64,000 bases of DNA from Tubulanus polymorphus (taxonomy: Eukaryota; Animalia; Nemertea). Of this stretch, positions 46,545-59,395 are shown piece by piece (positions within the stretch are counted from its first letter, which is position 1; every line of letters begins with the position of its first letter). The notes under the pieces were generated by a model, which did no database searches, was not told where the DNA came from, and saw only the letters and a program-made list of their open reading frames with translations. The translations under genes were made by a program, and so were the position numbers. The stretch is from contig NC_134025.1 in the NCBI RefSeq assembly GCF_964204645.1, positions 372,001 to 436,000 on the forward strand. The letters are read 5' to 3'.

Positions 46545-49500
46545 ATGTCTACAAAATATGACCTTTTTTCGGGACTGTTAAAGCTGGTACGCGCCGAGGT
46601 GCTGACGCTCGACCCTGAAACCCTCGGCGCGTTTTTTGATTTGAGTAAGTACAAAGTCTACTTCATCAATCTCAATCTGGGGTATCTCAAATTCTCGATT
46701 ATTTTTGATGAACATCTCAAATTATTTGATTTCCAACATCCGAAATTATTTGATCTCAAATTCACAATCACAATTATTTTATCTAAATCTCCTTTTTATC
46801 TAAATATCCTAAATCTCAAATTGTCTAAATCTCAATTATTTCGAATATCATCAATTAAAAAATCTAATATCATCTAATTTCAATTTCTTTCAATTCTCTT
46901 TTTAATTTTAGAAAACTCAATTTATGTCACACTGATAAAATTAGGAAATCTATTTTGAACATATCATTTTATGTTTCTAGTCTCTTATTCTATTTCAAAT
47001 TACTCAATATTGTTCGAGTATAATTTTTTCATTTTGACGAATGATGCAATTCTGTCACCACCCTTAAACTCGATTGAATTTGGTAACAAATCTAATGGTG
47101 AATAAATTTTGAATTGAATTGAATAGTGAGTAGAGGCTCTGGTGGATGAGAATTAACTTGAGGAAGTAACCTCATTTCCTGGTTCCTGGTTTCGGTTTCA
47201 AATATCGTCGAAATTGTGATATATTCCTCATGTTATTCATGTGAATGCTGTATCCAGTCAATAGAGATAAGTTACAACATAAATAGTTAAAACTGTCTAG
47301 GCCTCCAGACCAATGCACTTCATAGAAAATCCGGATTTATGTTTGATAAATCAAGTAATTGGACTGCGCAGTTCAGTCCATTTACTATTTAGTCAGTAAG
47401 CAGACTTCAGTTTAGTCCATATTTTAATCAGTAACTGGACTGGCCGGGTTTAGTCCATAGTGTATTTAGTCAATAACTGGACTGCGATGTAGTCCATAGT
47501 TAAGTCAATAACTGGACTGCGGTTAGGTCCATATTTTAGTCAATAACTGGACTGCGGTTTAGTCCATAGTTTAGTTTAGTCAATAACTGGACTGCGATTT
47601 AGTTGATAGTTAAGTCAGGAACCGGATAGCTGTTTTGTCCGTATCCAGATACCCATCACATTATGGGACCAACTTTTTAGATACCGCTGAAAAGTAGAAC
47701 TAGTATTTACGGTACTTTCGTTTTTCTCTGCGACTCCAGGATCCGAAAACATGTGATTTTCTTTTTTATTAATCATTCGTCAATCGTCAGGAAATTCAGG
47801 ATCACTATTTTTGATTTATTGGTTAAACTTTGTTCTTCGTATCTCTAGGTAGTTGCTCACAACAGTTTGAGATCCCGAGATTATAGCGGGAAGGAGGTAT
47901 ACCTCGCAACTGCTATCATTTCGGCTAACTATTCTAAAGCCACACCCACTCAATGTTTATACTAGATCTAAACTACAGATATGATGTTTGATACGAATGT
48001 CGTTCACTAGCTCGGCTCATAGTCGGAACCTTCATCGTCTAATTGTTGTCGAATCCTAGATATTGCGGCCTTGCGGCAAATACAGTTTACCCACGATTTA
48101 TTTCTAACGGATTCATTATTACGGTCAATGGTTGGTGCCTCGTTAGGTACTGAGTCTTATACAGTGAGTTTACTCAGTATCGGGATCACAGTTTACTCAG
48201 TATCGGGACCACAGTTTACTCAGTATCGGTACCACAGTTTACTCAGTATCGGTACCACAGTTTAGTCAGCATCAGGACCACAGTTTAGTCAGTATCGGGA
48301 CCACAGTTTAGTCAGTATCGGGACCACAGTTTACTCAGTATCGGGACCACAGTTTAGTCAGTATCGGGACCACAGTTTAGTCAGTATCGGGACCACAGTT
48401 TACTCAGTATCGGGACCACAGTTTACTCAGTATCGGGATCACAGTTTACTCAGAATCGGGACCACAGTTTACTCAGAATCGGGACCGCAGTTTAGTCAGT
48501 ATCGGGACCACAGTTTAGTCAGTATCCGGACCACAGTTTAGTCAGTATCGGGACCACAGTTTACTCAGTATCGGAACCACAGTTTAGTCAGTATCGGGAC
48601 CACAGTTTACTCAGTATCGGGACCACAGTTTACTCAGTATCGGGACCACAGTTTACTCAGTATCGGGACCACAGTTTACTCAGTATCGGTACCACAGTTT
48701 AGTCAGTATCGGGACCACAGTTTAGTCAGTATCAGGACCACGGTTTAGTCAGTATCGGGACCACAGTTTAGTCAGTATCGGGACCACAGTTTACTCAGTA
48801 TCGGGACCACAGTTTAGTCAGTATCGGGACCACAGTTTAGTCGGTATCCGGACCACAGTTTAATCAGCATCGGAACTGTGATTCATTTCGTTCTGAGACC
48901 AGATTTTATCAAATTTCCTCTAGCTGTTCTTCAGATAGGCCTACCCTTTGACTTCATGTTTTTTTTTTCAGAATTCTTTTATTTTCTTAAAGCCATGAAA
49001 TGTATTTCCTCTACCGTTATCCAGGCCTGACATTTATCTAGGTCTATCCTGTTTTACACCTTACAAGTTCGACGGCAACATTTCATATTGTTTTTTCTGT
49101 AAACGGCTGCAGCTGTATTTATAGTGAATTATTCCACTGAATAATTCACTATAATTCACTATACTTGAAGGGTAAGTAGTGATTATTTGAAATACTTAAT
49201 GAATGCATGTGATATAATGGGCCTAAATTTTAAATATCGTTTATTGTTCGCTGTTTAATGATGTTTGATTTTTATAGATAGAAATCTTATTGTAATTTGT
49301 AGTGAATGGATTTGATTGTATGAAGTTGCAGCAGTGGACAGTGTCGTGTGAAATGGTTTTTACCCCTGATGGTTGTTTCTGAAGGTACAGTAGTGGACAG
49401 TGTCGAGTGAAATGGATCTTACCCCGACGGTTGTTTCTGAAAGTAAAAGTTGAAGATTTTTGATTGATGATGAAACACAGAAAATACAGTAGAAATTTGT

Positions 49501-52500
49501 ATGAAATCTTTTGTGTCCTTTTTCTGTTTGTCATGAAATAAAAATGAACTAGACTTACTTAGCAAAAACCATATAGGGAAATGTACAGTACTCGAAGGAT
49601 ATATTGCAATTTTTTCGAACTAAAATTCGGTGAAAATTCATTTTACAAAAATGTATCAAATTTTATTGGATTTTTTGCCCTTAATGATACTGTAGACTTC
49701 ACTTAAACTGGTAGACGGTCTATATCTAGTATAATCTGTTCAATTCGATGAAATAAAGATGAAATGTTGTTTTTCAATACATATGTTTTGCCTTTTCTGG
49801 TATTGCTCTGTTCGATGATAATAATGATAATAATAGTATATGTCTAATATAGCCCTAAAACCAGCAGCTGCTCAGAGCGCTTCACATTTTCTGTTTTATT
49901 GCCCCAGCCATTTAATAGTCTCCTGGGGTGAGGTAACATTCGAACAGCTGCTAGGTGCTCGGGGGTCATCTATCGGCCCAGGTACCCATTTACTCCTGGG
50001 TGGAGAGACGAATGAGGATAAGTGTCTTGCCGGGGACACAATGGTAATGTACGGGGTTCAAATTCACGACCTGGTTTCCCAGAATGCTTCCCGTATCCCG
50101 TAAATGTTCACTTCATTTCCGTTTATTCTCTGCCTGAACCGGTAAACTGTAACGGCTGTTCGCCTATATTATAGAATACATGTATGTACTATCAACCTTC
50201 TATCTCTGTTAGCAAAAATACATAAAAACATAAGAACATCTTTATGTATTTTTACTGTTAGTGATTAGGCCTTATGTTCTATGTGTAATTAGAGAAAAAC
50301 CCTCAGAGTGCCCATCATTGTTATCTAGAAAGTAGGAAAATCAGTAGAAACTTTGGAGTTCCGTAGAGTGAAAACTGTAAGAGATAGAGCGTTATGGTAA
50401 TTGAAAAGTTTGTAGGGTATATGATCCTTGGAAAATTTTGGTGGTAATTTTTCTTACTGAAAGTGACGTTCTATGCAAATGAGCTAATTTGCATGAATTA
50501 TAATCGGTGACCTATTTATTTGATAAGCCCCTAAATTTTAGGTATCAAAATGAACAAATCAGGTATCTAGCCTCAGCTAACAGCTGACAATGGAATATTC
50601 TATGTCTACGGTCACAAATATTTATTGTACGGGTAATTATAATTAGAAAATGACCTAATAATTAAATCAGGTGACCTCCGGATAAGTACCCGCTACTTTC
50701 AAACGCAAAAAACTCAAATATTTTGAATAGCATCACCACAAAAACGCGGCATAAAAACAAACTAACGGGCACTGCCATTTAATCAAGCCATCTAGCGGCA
50801 GATTTCTCTGCTGAATTCTATGCGAAAAACTAAAAATAAAACTGCTATAAGAAATGTCGACGAAAGTTGACAGGGCACAGTACGACCTGAAATAATCTGT
50901 AGACGAAAGTCGACTGGGCTCTGAAAGAGTTATAGAAGAAATTTGGGGATTCACTACATGGTCAGATTGTATAAAATACAAAGAACTTGATAATTTTGAC
51001 CGCTATTAGGCTCAATAAATCTTTTCATCAATTGATTTTTGCAATTCTTAAAAGCCGGTAACTGCCTAATAAGGTAGAAAATAGAAGGTGCCAAACTGTA
51101 GCAGTTTAGGCGGAGGCTACTGTATGATGAATATCAGCTGAAATGGCTGTGCATAGAATTTTGTTGATCTGAATAAATGAATGGCTGCTGTACGATGAAT
51201 TATACATTCTAGGTGAGTTATATAATGAATATGTGGAGTACCGATAGGCCTATTGCTGACAATGAATATTCTATTGGGAAAATTGAATTACAGCCATTTA
51301 TGTTGATAGTGAAATATTGTTCTTCAAAATGAATGTTTTTTATCTGTAGTGAGTGTTGTTTCTGAAGGTGCAGTAGTGGGCAGTGTTGTGTGAAATGGCT
51401 TTTACTGGTTTTAGATTCAGCGAAGTGAAATTATTTGTGTCGTTTTTCTGTTTTAATTCATGCTGTAAATAGTTTAAACAATAAAATATTTAAAAAAAAC
51501 AATCATATTTTTATCTTCATTTTTGAGAAAATTCAGTAGAAAATATACAAATTCTCCCACTTACCGTGGATGGAGTGTGGCACTGTATGCAATGAAAAAG
51601 TTTTCTACAAAATAATTGAATACATTTCTGAAGTGTGGACACATTTTTCACTCATCCATTTGAAAAGTAATTACTGAATAAAAGGAATTATCGATTAATT
51701 TTTTGTTGATACAGCGCGACATTTGTTTTAAATTAGATCTTTTATCGTTTCAAAGTTTCCATTTCAATTGGTTGATAAATGAAAAGTTATCATGCGTGTT
51801 ATTCCAAAGAGGTTCCCAGATTTTGAAACCAGGGTCATGGGTAACAATTCCATTGATTATTCATTATAATGTATAGTTTTTGTCACCTGGAACCTGGTAC
51901 GTCATCACCCCAGAAAAAAAATCAAGTGTATTTTTGATTCATGATTATCTACCAAAATTGATTGTCAAGGTAATGGTAGGATGTAATTTATTACAATCAG
52001 TATTTCCATTAATGAATTAACAAAAGTGTACCCGTCCACGTACAGGGTTGGTTCTGAAATATATCAAGTATATAAGACATGAAAATACCATTATAAAATG
52101 TGTATTGGAAGATTCAATTATCAGCCTCACTGATGATATACTGTCAACTCATCGTTATTATGTAATGGATGATGCAAATCATGAGAGCAGTTAAAAGTGT
52201 AGTTACAACAGCGTTAGTCTACAACCAGTGACATGATCACTTCTCACAAAATAAGCTTACGATCCCTTCCAAACGTTCAAATGACCCTTCTCACCCCATC
52301 ACGTCACATTCACCTATTGGATAACTGCATTATTTTATAGGTTACTATATACAAATATGATAATTATATTCGAACATGTCATTATGTCATTTATGTGTAA
52401 TATGCATGATCCTTAATGTTTTTTTTTTTCATTTCAGATATAGACATCATTGAAAACATCCAACATGACCAGTCTGAAGCAGCCCGCAGAGCACTTCCAG

Positions 52501-53345
52501 CATTACGAGATACTTATACAAGGTGTGTATCTCTCTGCGGGCCTAAGGAACCAACTCTTCCTGAAATTGTTCCACCTTTTGAGTTGGTTCCTTTGCAGGA
52601 GGTGGACCCTGCTTCTCCCGTAAATGTGGAGCAGGAGGTCGCCCCTGCAGTGGTGACCCCGACAGAGGCGCCACAGCTTCAGACGCCTTCACTGCGTCGG
52701 TCGCCCCGTCAAAAGACTAAAGATATAGATTACACAATAGGTTCGGGGCGTCCGAAAACAAAAAAAAAAGGCAAACGTGCAGCTCGTCCTCCTCCACCTC
52801 CGCAACCAAATTTTGAGGAGGAGAGCAGTGATGAGGAGGAATTCGCCACTCCTGGAGCGACACCACCAGGGCCCGCAACTCCCCCGCCACCACCACCACC
52901 ACCACCACGTACCAGACCACCACCACGTACCAGACCACCACCACGTACCAGACCACCAACATCTACGTCAACACCAGCATCTACATCAACACCAGCATCT
53001 ACGTCAACACCAGCATCTACGTCAACACCAGCATCTACGTCAACACCAGCATCTACGTCAACACCAGCATCTGCCGGACCACCACCATCAACCGGACCAC
53101 CACCATCAACATCGACATTGACTGGAAAAAATAGAAATAAGAAGAGAAAATATAATGATAACGAAAATGCTTCTACATCAGGAGCTCCAGTGGGGGCACC
53201 ACCTTCCCCCGCTGTCGAGCTGGTGGCGCGCGGCCCTGGGTGGTCAAGAAACATCAACTACCACGATCCAATCAAAATGCTCCGCGATGTTGAAGGGGCC
53301 TTTAAAGGAAAATATGAGTTAGTTAAACGTAGGCGAACAAATTAA
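46545..53345 (+). CDS. Orphan Pro/Thr/Ser-rich basic protein, 335 aa; coding exons 46545-46644 and 52438-53345
   Basis: Acceptor ttgcag|46513, ATG 46545, phase-1 donor a|gtaagt and phase-1 acceptor (T)n-catttcag|52438 join in frame (...GAFFDL N IDIIENIQH...); both exons are GC-richer than their flanks; AATAAA at 53542. Confidence 0.68.
47355..47640. repeat. ~33-38-bp degenerate tandem repeat (agtcaataactggactgcggtttagtccatagtt)
   Basis: About 8 units, each with an internal ggact/agtcc inversion. Confidence 0.82.
48168..48875. repeat. 23-bp satellite (cagtttastcagtatcgggacca) x~30
   Basis: Period 48327 to 48350; highly homogeneous. Confidence 0.95.
49820..50075 (-). mobile_element. CORE/MIR-like tRNA SINE with L2-type tail
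   Basis: Minus strand: decayed B box, gtgtccccggcaagacactt...ctctccacccaggagtaaatgggtacc central domain, gtgaagcgctctgagca tail and (TAT)n end. Confidence 0.65.
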
Positions 53346-53849
53346 AATAACATCAGCCCCTTCACTCGCCATCACCCGGGCAACAACATCAGCCCATGCA
53401 CGTCTGCAGATCGGCACTTCTTGAAACTCAGTTTTCCCTTCCACCTTCGTCGATCTGCAGGTTGCGCAGTGTTAAATATCTGTCAACACTCCTTGAACCA
53501 GTGGGCGTGCAGTCCTCCTTGCTTTTATAAAAAAATATAAAAATAAAAAACCAGACATCATTGCATATAATCATTGCTTTTATGGAGGTTTTACGGTTTC
53601 TCCAAAAAAATTTAAAAAATTGAAAAATGATAAAAAAAATTCATTATCATTTCATCCCTTTATTTACTTTTTGGACAAAAAGAAATATTTGTCCATCATC
53701 CCATTCATTTACTTTTTAAATCATTTATTTATTTTTTTTGACTGTACGACCCACTGTGTTCCACTCCATTTTAACCCCCATTTTTGCATTAACTCTTACC
53801 TTATTAACTAAGGTTCATTGTGCTTCTCACAATGCTGAAGCATTAACCC

Positions 53850-54330
53850 TTCTTGGCGCTACTTTGCAGCAGTAGCCATCTATACCACCTAATTGTGGCA
53901 GTAGCCTTCTTAGGATTCATCAATTCTAATACCATGGTCGACCTTTTCAAATATCTTTCGGGATATAAACCATCCTTGCAACTACTTTGCAGCAATAACC
54001 ATCCATACCACCTGATTGTGGCAGTAGCCTTCTTATGAGTCATCAATTCTAATACCATGGTCGACCTTTTCAAATATCTTTCGGGATATAAACCATCCTT
54101 GCAACTACTTTGCAGCAATAACCATCCATACCACCTGATTGTGGCAGTAGCCTTCTTAGGAGTCATCAATTCTAATACCATGGTCGACCTTTTCAAATAT
54201 CTTTCGGGATATAAACCATCCTTGCAACTACTTTGCAGCAATAACCATCCATACCACCTGATTGTGGCAGTAGCCTTCTTAGGAGTCATCTATTCTAATT
54301 CTATGGTCAGCCGTTGTAAATCTCTTTCGA
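53850..54330. repeat. 123-bp tandem repeat x~3.7
   Basis: accatggtcgacc at 53931, 54054 and 54177; 41-aa periodicity in the ORFs. Confidence 0.93.
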
Positions 54331-55186
54331 GATATGCAGGGAATCAATTCCTACAATAACTCCTATGGAGTTTGAAAAAAAGTGGATTTTTCAAATCAAA
54401 AGGAACTGTTACGTGATTCTTTATCGAACTTTATCGGAACATGGAGAAGGAATAGCTATGTTTCACACATAATGCGTTTCCTTATGAAGCTGAAAATAAC
54501 GTGGAGAAGGAACAGCTATGTTTCACATAATGCGATTCCTTAGGAAACTACATTGAAACAGATTGTTCAATGTTCCATGTTGCTCCCTCCCCCAAATACT
54601 ATGACGTCTATACGTCAAGTGTAAAACCATTATATCATTATTAACATACTTGTTTTTCTAATTACAGAATTAAAGATTAATTTAATATGACATGAAAACT
54701 TGAATGATTGAAATGTTAATATCTAATGCTCAACAACGGAGGGAAATCCTTCACATGTGATCGGAGGGATTTAAAATGTTTACTCATAAGGAAAAGGGAT
54801 ATATATTTATATACGTGAGATTGCCCGGATTAAAAATTGCGCAAGAAAGGAAACCACAGCAAAGACTACGGTAATCAATTTCATTACATTTCTAAGGTGT
54901 GAAACCATCACCATCTGGATCGGTGATCAATGCATGAATGCATGAGTTCATAATTGAACATAGGATATAATAGAAAAATGCTAAGATCTGCAAAAATGCA
55001 ATGATTGAGAATCGCTGATAAAGAAAGTATTAAAAAAAAGATCTTGGATTGGAAAATTCGTTGTTATCACATCAGTGATCAGGTTTTATTGATTGATATT
55101 GATCTCTACTGATTCTAACGATCACCAGGATCAAAATTCTTGTTAATAATTAGTCTTAATTAATCTCTTGCTGAAATCAATAAGGC

Positions 55187-55410
55187 ATATGAGAGAGGAG
55201 GTCTGATATATGAGAGAGGAGGTTCAGGGAGGTATGAGAGAGGAGGTTCAGGGAGGTATGAGAGAGGAGGTTCAGGGAATATGAGAGAGGAGGTTCAGGG
55301 AATATGAGAGAGGAGGTTCAGGGAATATGAGAGAGGAGTTTATGGAGATATGATAGAGGAGTTTATGGAGATATGATAGAGGAGTTTAGAGAGATATGAT
55401 AGAGGAGATG
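55187..55410. repeat. ~22-24-bp purine-rich repeat (atatgagagaggaggttcaggga)
   Basis: About 10 units. Confidence 0.88.
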
Positions 55411-56374
55411 GTCTAAAAGGAAAATTGTTAAGTTCATAACAATCGAGCAACTCAGTAATAGACACCGCTCTGATGAAGTAACTCCTGGTCCTTTATTGGG
55501 GTCTAAATTGGAATTTCGTTTAGCAATTGAAATATGGTTGATAGAGCGTGGAATTGTTTCCATGTAGGCGAGCAATGCATAAAACACACGTCAGATTAAG
55601 GCTGTTGAGAGTGAATTATCAATAGATTTAAGAAATCGAGGATGAAGTTGTTTTCAAGAGGTCAATCATTCATATGGTTGTTAATCAGATCAGGTTCTCA
55701 GGTGCTTCCTTCGTCCCCAAAAACGGCATAAGTCGTATCAAAGTATGTGATATAACCTACTAATTGATTACATGAAAAGAGGCTATTTGTAGTTTCTCAG
55801 CCATTTTGCAATTATTGTTGTGAAGAGGTCACAAAATCCAAACTAAAACCAGCATCATTAATAGATTTCTACTGACTGAGACCCGGTCATACTGCTCATG
55901 TCGAACAGTTTGTTGTATTTTTGTGGTTCCAGTTTCTCACGTTCTAAGATAGAACAAAGTTCCTAAATTTTGAGTCCTTCAGTGCTGAAATTCAAATTTA
56001 CTACAAATTTCCTAATTCCAATTTCAATTGAAATTCCAATTTACTACGAGTTTCCTAATCTTAACTTTCCAAAAGTTTGAATTTTTCCTAATATATCTCT
56101 TTTCATGATTTCATTCCAGTTCTCAAAATTAATTACGGTTTTTGAATATCTGCGAAATATCATTAATTATTTTCCTAGTTTCATTTTTACTATTGCCCAA
56201 AATCATATTTTATGTGAATTATTATCGCTATTATTGGATTCTTTCAATGATGTTTTGGTTCGATATTATGATTGATCAAGGTGATCCATCTAAATCTATT
56301 TCATTGCTATAAATTATGAATTATTCATATCTGCAAACATTTCATTGATACTTCTAAACTAGTAATTCTGAAAA

Positions 56375-56780
56375 CACTCTAAAAACTATTTTACCCATAT
56401 TTTAAAGACAATTGTAGAAAGTATTTTGAATTATCACAATTTTAAAGTATCTATAATATGTAAAACTATTTTATCTGAATTTAAAAAGATTGAAGAGACT
56501 ATTTTATATCTGAATTTTAAAACACCTGTGATATCTAAAAACTATGTTATCTGAATTTTAATCTATTAAAGAAACTATTTTATATCTGAATTTTAAAATA
56601 CCTATGATATCTAAAAACTATTTTATCTGAATTTTATACTATTTCATTTGTATGTATTTTATCTCAAAGTATCTTTTTAAACTATTTTATTTGTGTATAT
56701 TTAAAAAACTATTTTTTTTGTTTATATTTGAAAGCTATTTTATTTTTTATATTTAAAAACTATTTTATATGTATATATTC
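56375..56780. repeat. AT-rich degenerate repeat (aaaactattttatctgaatttt)
   Basis: Recurrent aaactatttt motif at ~30-40-bp spacing. Confidence 0.7.
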
Positions 56781-57175
56781 CTTTTAGAACAATGATTTAT
56801 TTATATTTCAATACTTACTAAAAGATCAATTTGATGAAATATTTTATATTTGACTATCACTGTGTATATTCGAACCCCAGTGATTTCATGAGAATGGAAT
56901 AACTGAAGGTCCAGGTTTTATCACCGAATACTCTTTGACACAATTACGTGGTCCACAACACAGATATAAATAGTGGTTATATAAAAGGCCCATGTTGTAT
57001 ATAGTGCACGCATAAAGAGCTTTTACTCGTAGTTGATATAGGCTTAGTAAATATGAAATGTGATTGAGAACGTTTTCTCATACTTTCTTTACCTTTTTTT
57101 CTTGTAGTTTTTTTCAATTTTTATTAAAGTAATTCAATGAATTATCTACTCATTTTCAGTTGGTGTTTCACTATC

Positions 57176-57346
57176 ATGGAATGCGATGAATAAAAAACAG
57201 TCTGAGTGTATTTTTCACATGATATTTTCAGCGTCCCGTTGTATGAAATTTTGAATTTTGAATTTTATGTTATCTCAAGAAAATATATGACTGAAAACAT
57301 CATATGAAAAATACACTCAGATTGTTTTTCATTTATCTCGTTCCAT
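57176..57346. mobile_element. Fold-back MITE with ~55-bp TIRs
   Basis: Left end atggaatgcgatgaataaaaaacagtctgagtgtatttttcacatgatattttcag matches the reverse complement of the right end, atggaacgagataaatgaaaaacaatctgagtgtatttttcatatgatgttttcag. Confidence 0.75.
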
Positions 57347-57354
57347 ACAATACA

Positions 57355-57428
57355 GGACTCAGTTCCACAGATTGATTTGGATGCAAGAATTTAAATACAT
57401 ATTTGTTGCATAACTGTGGAACTGGGTC
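57355..57428. mobile_element. Short MITE (gactcagttccacag...ctgtggaactgggtc)
   Basis: Same TIR family as the element at 33697. Confidence 0.65.
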
Positions 57429-57794
57429 TTGTTAAATTGTGAGCATGATGTTTATGATTAATCACTAGTGCGTTTTAAACTAGATTTCAAGTTAACCTAA
57501 GTTTAGATTAGTTGGTTTTTGTTTAGTTATTTTAGTAATTTTTGCTGTTATTGAATTTAATTCATTCCAGTTGATTTAAGTCTAATTTAGTTAAAGTTTT
57601 AGTTCATTTAGGTCAAGTTGATTAAGTTTTAACTATAGCTGTTAACTTAAATAAAGAATAAACCTCTGATAAACTGAGGGTCAATTTATCTTATAAGTTA
57701 CACTCAGGTTTTAATCAATAATCGCGTTTAAGATCTCCTTTTTTATGCAGTTCAGAGATTATCTCTGAATAAAATAGTAACATCTTAGAATGTG

Positions 57795-58090
57795 ATGAAC
57801 TGAGGGTTAATTCAGCATTGTTGAAATTACTCTCAGGATCATCATTAAAACAATGAATGAACTGAGGGTAAATTCATCATTGTTGAAATTACTCTCAGGA
57901 TCATCATTAAAACAATGAATGAAATGAGGATAAATTCATCATTGTTGAAATTACTCTCAGGATCATCATTAAAACAATGAATGAACTGAGGGTAAATTCA
58001 TCATTGTTGAAATTTCTCTCAGGATCATCAGTAAAACAATGGATGAACTGAGGGTAAATTCATCATTGATGAAATTACTCTCAGTTCATT
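57795..58090. repeat. 62-bp tandem repeat x~5 with internal inversion (tgagggtaa...ttactctca)
   Basis: gaactgaggg at 57797 and 57859, then at 62-bp steps. Confidence 0.9.
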
Positions 58091-59009
58091 GAGGATATTT
58101 TAGCATTAACACCAGTTTTAATTACCCCCCTGTTTTCTTGTTATTGAAAGTAACATCACTAGTTATAGAGTAGATGATTAGGTTTTTTATTGTTTGATGA
58201 ACTTGCAGTTAATTAGATTGATTAATAATACAATACTCTCAGGTCATTGAAACATAATCTTTAATGTTATCTTAATTTTAGGGATCTAGGGTTTTACGCC
58301 GAAATAGATTATAAATGAATGAAACAATGGAATTTTTAATCAGTATTTTTTCGTTACTGTTAGAGAACTTTTATTTATTTAGTTTTTAGGCTTTTCACTT
58401 TTTGCTTTCTCTAGATTCTAGTTTTTTTCTAAAATATTGTTGAAATTTTGTTGTGTTTTTTTAATCGATTTTAAGCTTAACTTGAGTCCCAGCAGGCTAG
58501 TGTATTCACTTTTCATCCGTTATTCGACTGGCAGAATATCAAGATGGCTGACTGGTAGCCATTCTTGTTCGCTAAAATTGGCAGTTTTACACATATTTGA
58601 AGTTTTTAAGGGAGGTTTCAAAGATTTCTCCAACATTTGATGTTTGATATCGATATGTATCCCCCATCATAATTAGAAATATTGGGTTGCTTTAACTTAC
58701 AGTCATGATGTTTGATAATTGTTAGCATTTTCATAGAACCAGTCTTACCCCATTTTCTATTCTTCCCATCAGGGGTATTTAATTCATACAATTTTTCCAT
58801 GAGTTTTGGTATTTATGCATATAACCACAATCAATTGCATATTTGTAGCATTAGTTTTTGTTATGTTTACCGGGGGCATTGAATATTGAAATTGTCAGAT
58901 TGTCAAGCATTTCACCGAGTGGGCATGGTGTCCCTGCACCTCTAGTTTATATCTTATTTCACTGCTTTCAAGGTTCTCGTACACATTTCATATTTACATG
59001 CAGCTTTCA

Positions 59010-59395
59010 TTCAATATACATCAATGCCATCCTCGCTTGCCAGGTTTTAATTGTCGTCTGCCGAAGCTCATGCCAAGACAAACCCTGGTCGCAAACTCTT
59101 CATTGGTCTATTAACGTTGTTCAAGATTACTTGTGTAGACAGGTTGCCACTGAGAGGCCACCAGTCTATATATCTAGCCAATCAGATGCGTTGTTTTTCG
59201 CCGGCAGATTTGCTACACATCTGATTGACTAGATGTAAAGACTAGTGGCCGCTTAGCAGCAACCTGTCGACTCGAGATATCTCGAACAATGTAAGAGACC
59301 AATGAAGGGTTTGTGACCAGGGTTTGTGTAAGCGTGAAATTCGGTGGGCGACAATAAAACCCTGGTGATTGAGGATGTATCGATGTACATATCAA
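59010..59395. repeat. Long imperfect inverted repeat (arms ~59010-59192 and ~59212-59395, ~20-nt loop)
   Basis: acaaaccctggtcgcaaactcttcattggtct and tctagccaatcagatg in arm 1 match the reverse complement of arm 2 (acaaaccctggtcacaaacccttcattggtct; tctagtcaatcagatg). Confidence 0.88.

Noticed and set aside
50330-50960. DNA transposon body
   Set aside because: Composition and motifs resemble non-autonomous DNA elements, but I could not find matching TIRs or a TSD, so it is not listed as a feature.
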